64,000 nucleotides of DNA from an uncultured virus (IMG/VR IMGVR_UViG_3300008116_000013) (IMGVR_UViG_3300008116_000013), one strand, 5' to 3'. Shown: positions 28,944-38,144, counted from the first letter of the stretch. Notes: generated by a model not told the origin, from the letters alone. Made by a program: numbers and translations.

Positions 28944-29539
28944 TGGCACTCACAGGATACGAAAAACCATTAGATCAATATAACCAAAAAGAATTAGTAG
29001 AAATTGCTAAAGAATATAATCCTTATTATCAGACAGCAAGTGGAAAGGGAAAACTTGCAGGATATGAAAGATTAACTAAGCAACAACTGATTAATATTAT
29101 TAAAGTTGATATTGATTATATTGAAGCAAATCCAAAACTTCCTAGAAGAGTTAAAGGTCCCACTTATAGTAAAAGTAAATCAAAAAGTCTTACTGAGTTA
29201 AAAGAATCTTTATTAGGAGTAGAAACCCCCGATGAGCTCATGAATGAAATATTATCCAGACTTAGTGGAAGTGAAACACCTCTTCCACCTGCTCCTGGAA
29301 GATATTATACTTATGTTTATTATGCTAAAACTCCAAGAATTCTTTATGATCGATACCCATTAATTATTGTTGATAGTTTATTACCAAAAGGATTTAGAGG
29401 TTTTAATTTTCATCTTGGAAAATATAGACAATACAATACTCAAGATGGAGATCGATTAGTTAGCGGATTATATGAATTGAGCAGAGATGAATTTTCAATT
29501 TTACTAAGAATTCCCTACGGAAAAATAATTCAAAACTAA
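28943..29539 (+). CDS. gp2: DNA end protector gp2-like protein
   Basis: PGRYYTYVYYAKT...YDRYPLI...GFNFH; synteny after gp4. Confidence 0.65.
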   Translation: MALTGYEKPLDQYNQKELVEIAKEYNPYYQTASGKGKLAGYERLTKQQLINIIKVDIDYIEANPKLPRRVKGPTYSKSKSKSLTELKESLLGVETPDELMNEILSRLSGSETPLPPAPGRYYTYVYYAKTPRILYDRYPLIIVDSLLPKGFRGFNFHLGKYRQYNTQDGDRLVSGLYELSRDEFSILLRIPYGKIIQN

Positions 29540-29562
29540 CAATAAATAGTTAGAAAAAATAA

Positions 29563-30456
29563 ATGGCAGATTACTTCCGATATCCGATTAAAAATATTGG
29601 AAATCAAGACGACTATTTTAAGATTCAGGTGATTGAATATAAAGCACCTGGTCTTAATTTAACGGGTGGTTTTGCATTAAGAACAACAGAAGAAGCATTA
29701 AATCAATCTGGAAATATCAAAAATTCTCTGGCAACAATTATACTTCCAATGCCAGCAAATATTCAAGACAATAATGCTGCAGATTGGACATCTGGAACTA
29801 TGAATCCAGTTCAAGCAACTCTTGCTGCAGGTGGAAATAGTGCTATATTAAGTTCCAATCTTGTAGGATCGGTTGGGGAATCAATTACAAAAGCATTTGG
29901 AAATATTACTGAAGCCATAAAATCTGGAGAAGGTCAAAAAGCAACTGCAGCAGGTGCAGCAGGTGCAGCAATGGCGGCAGCATTAGGTCAAGGAGATATT
30001 AATTCAATTATTTCCAGAGCAACTGGACAAATTTTTAATCAAAACGTTGAACTACTATTTAATGGTGTAACTCTTCGCCCAGCATATCAATTTTCTTTTG
30101 ATATGGTCCCAAGATCTCAAAAAGAGTCTGAAATGATTAAAAATATTATTAGAATATTCAAAAAGAATATGACTCCTCGAAAAGGGACACCAGACCAAAA
30201 TGGTGGTGGTTTATTTGTTAAAGCACCAAATGTATTTAAGTTAGAATATATGAGTGGTGGAAAGCAGCATCCATTCTTACATCGTTTTAAACCATGTGCT
30301 TTAACACAAATAAGTATTAATTATAATGGTTCTTCACAATATGCAACATATGCTGATGCAACTCCTGTTCATATGCAAATGACGTTACAATTCCAAGAAC
30401 TGTCTCCAATTTACAATGAAGATTACAAAGAAACCGATATTGGAGTTGGTTACTAA
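29563..30456 (+). CDS. gp48: Baseplate tail tube cap gp48
   Basis: IILPMP...NQNVELLFNGVTLR..FSF...PNVF...KPCALT...MTLQFQEL. Confidence 0.85.
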   Translation: MADYFRYPIKNIGNQDDYFKIQVIEYKAPGLNLTGGFALRTTEEALNQSGNIKNSLATIILPMPANIQDNNAADWTSGTMNPVQATLAAGGNSAILSSNLVGSVGESITKAFGNITEAIKSGEGQKATAAGAAGAAMAAALGQGDINSIISRATGQIFNQNVELLFNGVTLRPAYQFSFDMVPRSQKESEMIKNIIRIFKKNMTPRKGTPDQNGGGLFVKAPNVFKLEYMSGGKQHPFLHRFKPCALTQISINYNGSSQYATYADATPVHMQMTLQFQELSPIYNEDYKETDIGVGY

Positions 30457-31106
30457 TGTCTTATTTTAGAACACTACCAAACTTAGAATATCAATCATTC
30501 TTATCAGATAAGACTTCTGTTGATGAGTATTTAACTGTAAAAAACTTATTCCGTAGAGTCAAACTTCGTGATGACTTACAAAATGTTTTTACAGTTTTTG
30601 ACAAATATCAAATCATTGATGGTGCTCGACCAGATACTATTGCGGAAGAACTTTATGGTAGTTCGCAATATGATTGGGTTATTTTAATTACTGCAGGAAT
30701 TACTAGAGTTAGAGATCAATGGCCGCTGTCTGATGCACAAGTTTATGATTATGCAGAGTCAATTTATGGTGCAGATTTAAATTCAATTCATCATTATGAA
30801 ACAACGGAAGTCAAAGATTCTGAAGATCGTTTAATTCTTCCAGCAGGTAAAGTTGTTGATGTTGACTTTACAATTCCAAAACCAGGAGATCCAACTGCAT
30901 CTTTAAATCCAGTTGTTGGTATTTCAAACTATGAGTATGAAGTTCTAAAAAACAATGACAAAAGAACCATTTATGTTCTCAAACCAGTTTATTTGCAACA
31001 AGTTTTAAATGATGTAAGAAAGGAGATGACTTATGATCAATCATCTCAGTATGTTAATGATAAAGTAATTAGAACTGAGAACACAAGAGCGTCAAGTCCA
31101 CAATAA
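30456..31106 (+). CDS. gp53: Baseplate wedge subunit gp53
   Basis: MSYFRTLPNLEY...KNLFRR...RPDTIAEELYGS..YDWVIL...WPL...HHYET. Confidence 0.9.
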   Translation: MSYFRTLPNLEYQSFLSDKTSVDEYLTVKNLFRRVKLRDDLQNVFTVFDKYQIIDGARPDTIAEELYGSSQYDWVILITAGITRVRDQWPLSDAQVYDYAESIYGADLNSIHHYETTEVKDSEDRLILPAGKVVDVDFTIPKPGDPTASLNPVVGISNYEYEVLKNNDKRTIYVLKPVYLQQVLNDVRKEMTYDQSSQYVNDKVIRTENTRASSPQ

Positions 31107-31682
31107 TTTTAATTTCTTATCAAAAACCATCACATATCGGTGTTTGCGGGAGCGTTCTTTCCATTCTCCTGCAGCACCTTTAACTTTGCCTCTAGAGTGT
31201 TTAGTTCCGTCTGCATAATAGAAATCTTTCTTTGGATCTGAAAGTCCGCAATATTTAAAATTACAAGCGCGATAGATTGTACCATTGTGGAAATCACTAT
31301 CAGCGTAAGAGATGATTGCTTTAACTTCAGTATCCTTCCGTAACTGTCTAATCGATCTTGAAACAAACCAAGAAGTGATATTATGCTCGGTTCCTTGTGT
31401 TTCGGGGTGTATGCAAAGACGGGAAAGTTCAAAGAGTCCTTCTTGTTCATTCCGTTCTAATCCAAATGCTCCTTTTGCAATTTCAGGTACAGGAAGTCCA
31501 GTAAAGATACAGACTCCCTGAATACCACCAATATTCAACGGGCAAAAGTCATTGCCCTTATAAAGACCGTAGTTGTAACCTGACTTAAAGGATTTGGAAA
31601 AGTCCTTAAGATAATGAAACCGCAGAAGTAACTCTGCGGCTTCGGATTTACTTACACGGTCAATGTAGTAATCTGTTTTCAA
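31092..31682 (-). CDS. Mom-like GNAT-fold DNA-modifying protein
   Basis: HYL...ELSRLC...ISYAD...GTIYRACNF..G...KHRYV pattern of the Mu Mom family. Confidence 0.75.
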   Translation of the reverse strand: MKTDYYIDRVSKSEAAELLLRFHYLKDFSKSFKSGYNYGLYKGNDFCPLNIGGIQGVCIFTGLPVPEIAKGAFGLERNEQEGLFELSRLCIHPETQGTEHNITSWFVSRSIRQLRKDTEVKAIISYADSDFHNGTIYRACNFKYCGLSDPKKDFYYADGTKHSRGKVKGAAGEWKERSRKHRYVMVFDKKLKLLWT

Positions 31683-32602
31683 TCTTCGGCAAGACGGGCG
31701 AAATACGACAACGCATCATCATCGTCATCCTCCACAGGTGCCGCAGCACGGCGAGTAGGTTGAAGATTGTTGAGTTCACTGCGAAGATCTTCATCAAGGT
31801 CTTTCACAGGACCACGAGTATTATCCTCATCAAACTCTTCAGGGTCCTGATAGCGAGGAGTGCCTTTGGTGCCAAGCACATAGTCCAGACGCTTCTTCAA
31901 ATCATCATAAGACTTGAACTGATCGGCAGCAACGAGTTCAGCAAGCGAATACTGCTTTTTCCAGATTGCTTCCATTGCGTCATCGTCGTCCAGAAGAGGG
32001 GCAGATGCAGCAAACTCAGAGGAGTCATAGTTACGATAACCAGCAACGTTCTTTGCCTTCAGTTTGAAGTTGGCACCTTGCCAGAAGTCAAATGGATCAA
32101 TTGCTTCCTCATCTTCAAACTCAGGTTGCATTGCAGCGGTAAGTTTATCAAAGATCTTCTTACCATACTTGAACAGGAAGACCTTACCTTCGTTGGCGGG
32201 GTTCGCAGGGTCCTTCACCACGTAGATGTTGGAGATATAAGTCAGTTTACGCTTTTGCTTACGTGCCAGTTCTTTACCAGCATCAGTGCCGTTGTTCCAC
32301 AGTTCGGAGTTCAGTTCGGACACAGGTTCCTTCTGATTCAAAGTGGTGAGACTGTTTTCAATATACCAACCACCAGAACCCTGAAATGCGTGACTGTAGA
32401 GTTTCACGAACGGCAGGTCTTCACCGTTAGGAGCAGGGAGGAAACGGATCACGGCATAACCATTATTTGCTTTGTCGCATTCTAATTTCCAGAAGCGTTC
32501 ATCACTAGAACCGCTACTAGTATTCATTTTTTCTACTTCTTTGACCAATTTGGCAGTAAGATTGCCCAGCTTGGACTGTTTTTTAAGGTCGGAAAACGAC
32601 AT
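31679..32602 (-). CDS. gp32: Single-stranded DNA-binding protein gp32
   Basis: MSFSDLKK...DERFWK...GYAVIRFLP...WYIENSLTT...NYDSSEF; acidic tail. Confidence 0.95.
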   Translation of the reverse strand: MSFSDLKKQSKLGNLTAKLVKEVEKMNTSSGSSDERFWKLECDKANNGYAVIRFLPAPNGEDLPFVKLYSHAFQGSGGWYIENSLTTLNQKEPVSELNSELWNNGTDAGKELARKQKRKLTYISNIYVVKDPANPANEGKVFLFKYGKKIFDKLTAAMQPEFEDEEAIDPFDFWQGANFKLKAKNVAGYRNYDSSEFAASAPLLDDDDAMEAIWKKQYSLAELVAADQFKSYDDLKKRLDYVLGTKGTPRYQDPEEFDEDNTRGPVKDLDEDLRSELNNLQPTRRAAAPVEDDDDDALSYFARLAED

Positions 32603-32646
32603 TTGGATTACCTCGGATAGTTTGGATTCGGGGGATTTACTTAGAT

Positions 32647-32675
32647 AGTATAGCGAAGATTGAATCACCTGTCAA
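32647..32675 (-). promoter_or_regulatory. Sigma70-type promoter of gp32
   Basis: Minus strand TTGACA-N17-TATACT. Confidence 0.7.
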
Positions 32676-32997
32676 TATATTGCTTGAGTGATTCAATGGT
32701 CTTGTTCATACTACTGAATAAAACTTGCATATCAGTCTCTGGTGGGAAACCCATCAAGGCAACTGACTTGCGTAGGTTCTCTTTCATTTCAACCGCTTGA
32801 GGGTCGTCTGAAAGGGACAACCTAGTATACATCACTCTCTGCTTTTCTAGCAAGAGCTCAAGTTTCTCAATGTGCTCCAATTTGGTCTCACGGGACATTC
32901 CACCGAAAGTTAAAATACTTCCGTAGATTTCTTCTTGTAACTTGTTAATTTCTTTCAGTTCTTCCTGAATAATATCAGAATCGAAAAAGCTACTCAT
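32665..32997 (-). CDS. DUF1825-like conserved cyanophage protein
   Basis: FFDSDIIQEEL...LLEKQRVMYTRLSLSDDPQA. Confidence 0.75.
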   Translation of the reverse strand: MSSFFDSDIIQEELKEINKLQEEIYGSILTFGGMSRETKLEHIEKLELLLEKQRVMYTRLSLSDDPQAVEMKENLRKSVALMGFPPETDMQVLFSSMNKTIESLKQYIDR

Positions 32998-33586
32998 CTA
33001 TAATGTCCCTTAAAATTTTCTTGTAATTGAACACGTCAATATTTAGAAATGGTTTATACTTTGAAATTTTCAAACTGACGGTTTCCCACACTGGGTCCAG
33101 GAGTTGCTTATCAAAGGTCTTCCCGAACAGGAATATTCTATCCCATATAGTAAAGGTTTCTATACTAATCTTCCCGCTCAGGAACTTTTTTAGAATGACT
33201 GGATGTTGCTTTGAAGCATCAAGAACCTGCTTTAAGTTGCTTTCAGACAACATATCTTCCGATTCTTGCTTGAAGATATAAGACAAACTTTGCTGGCGTC
33301 TCATCCAGTCAGCATAAGTTCTCTCACCCGAATTGATGATCTCACCGATCCAGAGATTACCAGGCGTGTCTGATGCTACAAAGTTTGATACTAGAAAATC
33401 TACAATTTCCTTGTCCGAAAATTTGCGACTCGTGCGTTCGAAGAAATACTTATCTTTGCGTCGATTAAAGGACGTTATACTCGCACGAGTCTTCGCACCG
33501 TACTTAAAGAAGTCGTATTTTGGATTTGTAAAATGATTTTTGAGTGACAGATAATGTTGATAAGTTTCAAAGGGTGTCACGGTCAT
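32990..33586 (-). CDS. gp59: Helicase loader gp59
   Basis: YLSLKNHFT..KYDFFKY...SFNRRKDKYFF; synteny gp33-gp59-gp32. Confidence 0.88.
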   Translation of the reverse strand: MTVTPFETYQHYLSLKNHFTNPKYDFFKYGAKTRASITSFNRRKDKYFFERTSRKFSDKEIVDFLVSNFVASDTPGNLWIGEIINSGERTYADWMRRQQSLSYIFKQESEDMLSESNLKQVLDASKQHPVILKKFLSGKISIETFTIWDRIFLFGKTFDKQLLDPVWETVSLKISKYKPFLNIDVFNYKKILRDIIDE

Positions 33587-33843
33587 AGAGGCAGTTTTGC
33601 TTTCGAAGTTCGCTTCATAAAGTTCAAACGGGTTGCATCCCATTTGAGTCGCTCTTTCAGAGGTTTTGAAATGAGTTTTGTTACTGATTCTACTTCAAGA
33701 CTATTGATTTCACAATAGTGAACGATTGCGTCAATATAGTTGAAGTTTTCTTCTGCAACAATCTTTTCAATCTCAAGAGCAAACTTAGAAGGAGTTAAAA
33801 ACTTATTTTCGATTGCCTGTTCCAGTTCTTTATTTGGTTCCAT
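33583..33843 (-). CDS. gp33: Late promoter transcription co-activator gp33
   Basis: FALEIEKIV...NYIDAIVHYCE...KLISKPLKERLKWDATRLNF; start MEPNKEL. Confidence 0.88.
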   Translation of the reverse strand: MEPNKELEQAIENKFLTPSKFALEIEKIVAEENFNYIDAIVHYCEINSLEVESVTKLISKPLKERLKWDATRLNFMKRTSKAKLPL

Positions 33844-34335
33844 AGAGTTCCAGTTTATCTCTAACAAACTTTCTAATGTATTCTGTGAGAAGTTTGATGT
33901 ACTTTGATTTGTTTCTTTCTTCATAAACGACGCATTCTCCATTTTCACAAGCCATAATGATTACAAGTTTTTTGACTGAAATACCAGTCAGTTCGTATAG
34001 CATACATCCGTAAGCCATACATTGAACAAAGTAGTGTTCGATCCACTCTCGTGGTTTTGGTTTTTTAGAAGTTTTAAAGTCAATTATTGCTAACTCGCCG
34101 TCATATTCAGCGATACAATCAACTGTCCCAGCAATACCTAATTGCTTACTATATAGGGACCCTTCTAGGGCGTAAATATTATTTATGCGATTGAGTTCTG
34201 TTTTAAATGACTGGTCACCGAAGTAATGGAGACCAGTCGGAGAAGTTCTTCTTCATCAGGAATTGAGTAGTATCTTACACCATCAATTGTCTCACGCTCC
34301 AACTTAGGGAGTTCAATATCAATATGTTTGAACAT
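33830..34335 (-). pseudogene. Cas4/PD-(D/E)XK exonuclease gene, frameshifted with apparent internal deletion
   Basis: 5' part MFKHIDIELPKL...SITSVTSH; 3' part KTELNRINNIYALEGSLYS...AGTVDCIAEYDGELAIIDFKTS in another frame; span 506 nt is not a multiple of 3. Confidence 0.8.
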
Positions 34336-35093
34336 TAAAAACCAGCATCCAATTTAGCAATAATGTACTCTTTAACAAGTCCAGAACGAACAATGTCTTC
34401 TACACCAAATTCAATTATATCAAAAGATGGCATTTTACGCAAGACAGTCATAAAATCAACAATACCATTTCGTTCGTTAGTCTTCTGTAAGTCTGATTGA
34501 GAAGCATCACCACAGAAACAAATCTTGGTATTCTCACCAACACGAGTGATAATAGAATCCAATTCGTGAAAGTTTAGGTTTTGGAACTCATCCACAATAA
34601 TGATAGCGTTATCAAGGGTCGTTCCACGCAAGAATGAGGTGCTCCAAAACTTAATGGTTTCTTGAGACTTTAAGTTACCATAAAGCATCTCAAAGTCAGC
34701 ATCAGAAGGCATCTGGAACATATACTTCACCATATTCTTATAAGGAATCTGGTAAATATCTGCCTTATCATCGTGAGTTCCAGGCAGAAATCCAATCTCT
34801 CTGGTTGCAACAAGTGAACGAACAAGATAAATTCTTTCGTATGGTGTTCTTTCATCGAGAACATCTGCAAGGGCATTATAGAGTGTGATAAAGGTTTTAC
34901 CTGTCCCAGCACATCCATAGGCAACAATATGTTTACCATCATTATAAGACTCAAACAAACGTTTTTGATTGTCTGTAAGGGGATCAATGTCAACTAAGTA
35001 ATCAGCACTTAGAGGTTTTCTCCTCTTCATCTGCTTTGCAGTCAAACCAACTCCGATAGGTTGATCAACGTTGCCTCTTTTTCTTCTTGCCAT
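34335..35093 (-). CDS. phoH: PhoH-family ATPase
   Basis: GCAGTGKT, IGFLPG, FLRGTTL, IIVDEFQN, CGDASQSDL, DIVRSGLV. Confidence 0.95.
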   Translation of the reverse strand: MARRKRGNVDQPIGVGLTAKQMKRRKPLSADYLVDIDPLTDNQKRLFESYNDGKHIVAYGCAGTGKTFITLYNALADVLDERTPYERIYLVRSLVATREIGFLPGTHDDKADIYQIPYKNMVKYMFQMPSDADFEMLYGNLKSQETIKFWSTSFLRGTTLDNAIIIVDEFQNLNFHELDSIITRVGENTKICFCGDASQSDLQKTNERNGIVDFMTVLRKMPSFDIIEFGVEDIVRSGLVKEYIIAKLDAGF

Positions 35094-35111
35094 TAGATTT
35101 TATTCAGATGT

Positions 35112-35360
35112 TTAAATTTTCTTTACTCTTGAGCCCGGAGCCTTGCTGGCTTTCGCAAGCACATCGTTCCATCCGGGGTTCCTTGCAACCAGTTTGTCCC
35201 GCCATTCCCCAATTTCACAGGCACTTGGTGCGGTTGATGGATCACTCCAGTCCCTAATCCAGTCAACATTATCCTTTGACCATTGATCCCAGTCGTGAAT
35301 ACTCATAACAACTTCTTTTTGTTCCCCAGTTTTTTTATTAATGATTGGGTATGTTGGCAT
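35112..35360 (-). CDS. Conserved cyanophage hypothetical protein
   Basis: MPTYPIINKKTGEQKEV...PGWNDVL; upstream of phoH. Confidence 0.75.
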   Translation of the reverse strand: MPTYPIINKKTGEQKEVVMSIHDWDQWSKDNVDWIRDWSDPSTAPSACEIGEWRDKLVARNPGWNDVLAKASKAPGSRVKKI

Positions 35361-35392
35361 TTTTTTTACTCTCAAAACTTGTATATAAAAAA

Positions 35393-36040
35393 TTATTTAT
35401 TGGTATTTCTTGTAAAGGTTCTTCCTCTCCTCCAACCTTGAGGTATTTCATTTTCCTTAAAAACATATCTACTTTCATTGCCATCAGTAATCCACATCAT
35501 AACACTTTTCCCACTATTCCAAGATTTTTTACCATACCTATGATTTTTTTCACCAATTTGTCTCTCACTCAATTTTCTTTTAGTTTCTTCACTCCTTTTT
35601 GATCCATAGGATGGATGATCTTTACCAAACTTACCATACATATGATTTTTTTCACCTTTTTGGCGGTCACTAAACATTTGTAAAACATCTTTACTATGTC
35701 TATATCCGTAGGCAGGATGTTTCTCTCCTATTTTACCATACATTGGGTTATTTTTTCCATTCAAACAATAGTAGAATTTAGTTGAAGTCTGTTTTGCTCT
35801 ATTCGCAAAATGAGGATTTTTATCTACTTCATAAAAATTGTGAAGAATTATTTCTGCTTCAAGTGCTTCTTCTACACTATCAAAAGTTTCTAAAATAATC
35901 TTTTGAGATGGATTAAAGTTCTTATCGTGAAAACTTCCAAAGTAATTTACATCTTTTTCTGGAAGACAATCACATTCTCTTTTTCCAATATAACCCCTCC
36001 CATATTCCTCATAGGAATAATACACATAAAAATGTTTCAT
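35393..36040 (-). CDS. Free-standing GIY-YIG (Seg-like) homing endonuclease with NUMOD3 repeats
   Basis: YVY...GYIGKR...YFGS...EALEAE..LH...FAN; repeated GxxHxxYG and HSxETKRKLSE. Confidence 0.85.
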   Translation of the reverse strand: MKHFYVYYSYEEYGRGYIGKRECDCLPEKDVNYFGSFHDKNFNPSQKIILETFDSVEEALEAEIILHNFYEVDKNPHFANRAKQTSTKFYYCLNGKNNPMYGKIGEKHPAYGYRHSKDVLQMFSDRQKGEKNHMYGKFGKDHPSYGSKRSEETKRKLSERQIGEKNHRYGKKSWNSGKSVMMWITDGNESRYVFKENEIPQGWRRGRTFTRNTNK

Positions 36041-36065
36041 ACTACTCTTAACTTGGTGACATAAG

Positions 36066-36073
36066 TATTTATA
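36066..36073 (-). promoter_or_regulatory. T4-type late promoter TATAAATA
   Basis: Exact match 25 nt upstream of the endonuclease start codon. Confidence 0.75.
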
Positions 36074-36139
36074 ATAGAAAGGGGCATTTCTGCCCCCTTA
36101 TTCTGCCTTAAATGTGTCACCAAGTTAAGGCACATTTAT

Positions 36140-36892
36140 TTATGGACTCAGACGAGCACGATGCAGTCTTTTCTCTTCATAATACTTCCAAACATTTGGT
36201 GACCATTTTTGAAGAAGAGGGACAAATTGCTCACACAATGCTTGAATCTCTAATTGTGCATCCATTTTTGCTCGCAGATCCATAATATGAAGAACAGAAC
36301 GTAAGTTAAAAGAAACCACAAAGTTCTGACGAATTGCTTGTGCAAGATAGTCCCTAATGTGCTCTTCGCACATTCCTTTTTCGTATTTTGTCGCATAACG
36401 CTTGCAACCTTCTACAATCCAGTTTAGTTCGTCTTGATAATCTTCTGCTGTCCAATCATACTTCTTACCATACCGATTAGTATAAAATCCAGGAGGACGC
36501 ACAAAAAATACATCTTCTGGTTTAAGTTCACCGCTTGCAACTTTGATTACTCGCTTACCAGTGTAACGTTGAGATTGAACATCGAAAGTTACACCCACTC
36601 TATGAGTTCGTGCCTGCATCGCAACATTATGAACATACCCAGACACTGAAAAAGTAATAGAAGGGTGTTCTAGGGGGCCCCAGTGCCCTTTCTCATTGCT
36701 TAGTAGACGCTCTACAACCCATTCACCACATTCATTTGGACTAGGAATAGTTTGGTTGTGAATTGGAGTTTCAGAATAATCACATTTACCTGCCTGATAA
36801 ATGACTTGTTCTGGAAGTGCATAGCATTGAAGAACTACTACTTCAAGATTTTTATCAAGTTCAAGAAGATCTTTTGCTTTAATAGGTTTCAT
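36140..36892 (-). CDS. thyX: Flavin-dependent thymidylate synthase
   Basis: GHWGPLEH, QARTHRVGVTFDVQSQRY, NLRS..H..DLR....AQLEI. Confidence 0.93.
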   Translation of the reverse strand: MKPIKAKDLLELDKNLEVVVLQCYALPEQVIYQAGKCDYSETPIHNQTIPSPNECGEWVVERLLSNEKGHWGPLEHPSITFSVSGYVHNVAMQARTHRVGVTFDVQSQRYTGKRVIKVASGELKPEDVFFVRPPGFYTNRYGKKYDWTAEDYQDELNWIVEGCKRYATKYEKGMCEEHIRDYLAQAIRQNFVVSFNLRSVLHIMDLRAKMDAQLEIQALCEQFVPLLQKWSPNVWKYYEEKRLHRARLSP

Positions 36893-37056
36893 TTCTTTCC
36901 AAATCCTTTTGATGTTTTTGCTTCCAGTTCTGCGAGTTCTTCTTTCAATGCTCGCAGTTGTTGTTTCATTTCTATAATTTTTTCAGCAGTGTAAAGATGC
37001 TCTTGTTTTGTAAGTTTCTCAAGCAACTTTACCAGTTCTTTTGCTCTATTAGTCAT
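36889..37056 (-). CDS. Small coiled-coil hypothetical protein (55 aa)
   Basis: MTNRAKELVKLLEKL...SKGFGKK; ATGA overlap with thyX. Confidence 0.65.
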   Translation of the reverse strand: MTNRAKELVKLLEKLTKQEHLYTAEKIIEMKQQLRALKEELAELEAKTSKGFGKK

Positions 37057-37222
37057 CTAAATCAGAGTCCTCAAAAATTTCGTCGTAATCTAAAATTGGT
37101 CGTTTTCTTACTTCTGGTTCTGTGTACTTATATGCAGATGTATCAGAATAAATTTCTGCCTTAAGAGAATCAACCAAGAGTTCAAGATTACGAACAATCA
37201 GTTTTAGTTTGTCTTTGTCCAT
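37049..37222 (-). CDS. Small conserved cyanophage protein (57 aa)
   Basis: MDKDKLKLIVRNLELLVDSLKAEIYSD...DYDEIFEDSD. Confidence 0.7.
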   Translation of the reverse strand: MDKDKLKLIVRNLELLVDSLKAEIYSDTSAYKYTEPEVRKRPILDYDEIFEDSDLDD

Positions 37223-37253
37223 AAGATATCATTCTCTCTCAAGATTTTAGCAT

Positions 37254-37280
37254 AAAAAAAGGAGGGGATCAACCCTCCTT
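37254..37280 (-). terminator. Rho-independent terminator
   Basis: AAGGAGGG-TTGATC-CCCTCCTTTTTTT on the minus strand. Confidence 0.8.
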
Positions 37281-37284
37281 AATG

Positions 37285-37377
37285 TCATCGCATTGCCATT
37301 GCAAGTTGTGCTTTGTATTTACGATCTTCTTTTTTCTTTTGATCTTTAATAAGTTGAAGTACATTAATTTTCTTCAT
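37285..37377 (-). CDS. 30-aa basic peptide coupled to the DUF4278-like gene
   Basis: MKKINVLQLIKDQKKKEDRKYKAQLAMAMR; TGATG stop/start overlap. Confidence 0.55.
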   Translation of the reverse strand: MKKINVLQLIKDQKKKEDRKYKAQLAMAMR

Positions 37378-37514
37378 CACTTATGCCCCTCCTTTACAAA
37401 CTTAACACCACGATAGGTTTCGTTGTATTGTTGGGGTTGCTGCATCATCTGTTGTTGATACTCAAGACGCTTTTGAGTATCATATTCAATGCCGCGATAT
37501 ACGACTTTAGACAT
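37377..37514 (-). CDS. DUF4278-like small protein (45 aa)
   Basis: MSKVVYRGIEYDT...NETYRGVKFVK with duplicated YRG motif; strong AAGGAG RBS. Confidence 0.8.
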   Translation of the reverse strand: MSKVVYRGIEYDTQKRLEYQQQMMQQPQQYNETYRGVKFVKEGHK

Positions 37515-37545
37515 TAGGTTTCTCCTTAGTTTTTTAGGTTAAAGA

Positions 37546-37598
37546 GCGTTCCTTCAGTCGGCGTTTGCGTTCGGTATTTGCGAATACCGAATGAACGA
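37546..37598 (-). ncRNA. Glutamine riboswitch (glnA-motif) aptamer 2
   Basis: CGTTCA-TTCGGTATT CGCA AATACCGAA-CGCAAACGCCGACTGAAGGAACGC: P1 CGUUC/GAACG plus P2 hairpin. Confidence 0.75.
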
Positions 37599-38144
37599 CC
37601 TACTCTTTTTCCACCTACGAATAGAAGTATGACTAGTCCCATACATTTCACCAAGTTCTCTAATAGGTATATCTAAGATAGAAGGATTTTTATCTACGTC
37701 TTCCAAGAAAACTTTATATCCACCACCCCTTCTTCTATCATTTAGATATTTTTCAGGAGTGTTGATATAAGTAGATAAATCTCTCAGTCTACCTTTAACC
37801 CAACCATTAGGTATTTGGTTTTTATGGACTAGTTTTTCTTCTATTCCATTATTCACACGAACCATACCATAGGAGCATAGACCAACTTTTGTTGACTTCA
37901 CCTTATTAGCGAAGTGTTGATTCTCATCAACAGAGAAGAACTCATGGAGTTTTATTTCTGCTAAGTGTGCATCTTCTCTAGTCTCGTGGATGGATAGGAT
38001 AATTTTTTCAGTTGGACTGAAAGTTTCATCCGTATAACTCCCCATATAAAAATCCATAGAAGGTTCTACAGAAGAACCCCTAGAACCAATATATCCACGA
38101 CCATAAGGTTCGTATGAGTAGTAGGTATAGAAAAACATAGGCAT
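37554..38144 (-). CDS. GIY-YIG (Seg-like) homing endonuclease with C-terminal HTH
   Basis: FYTYYSYE..GRGYIGSR...YMGS...AHLAEIKLH...FANK; IRELGEMYGTSHTSIRRW; N-terminus resembles 35393..36040. Confidence 0.8.
   Translation of the reverse strand: MPMFFYTYYSYEPYGRGYIGSRGSSVEPSMDFYMGSYTDETFSPTEKIILSIHETREDAHLAEIKLHEFFSVDENQHFANKVKSTKVGLCSYGMVRVNNGIEEKLVHKNQIPNGWVKGRLRDLSTYINTPEKYLNDRRRGGGYKVFLEDVDKNPSILDIPIRELGEMYGTSHTSIRRWKKSRSFIRYSQIPNANAD

Noticed and set aside
31760..32485. 241-aa plus-strand ORF
   Set aside because: Antisense shadow of gp32; the same applies to most short plus-strand ORFs opposite the structural genes
33844..33948. N-terminal extensions of gp33 (also gp59 to 33643 and gp32 to 32668)
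   Set aside because: They overlap upstream genes or promoters; downstream ATGs match the expected protein starts
33830..34335. Cas4 as evidence of a CRISPR system
   Set aside because: This is the stand-alone exonuclease normally found beside phoH and gp33 in T4-like cyanophages
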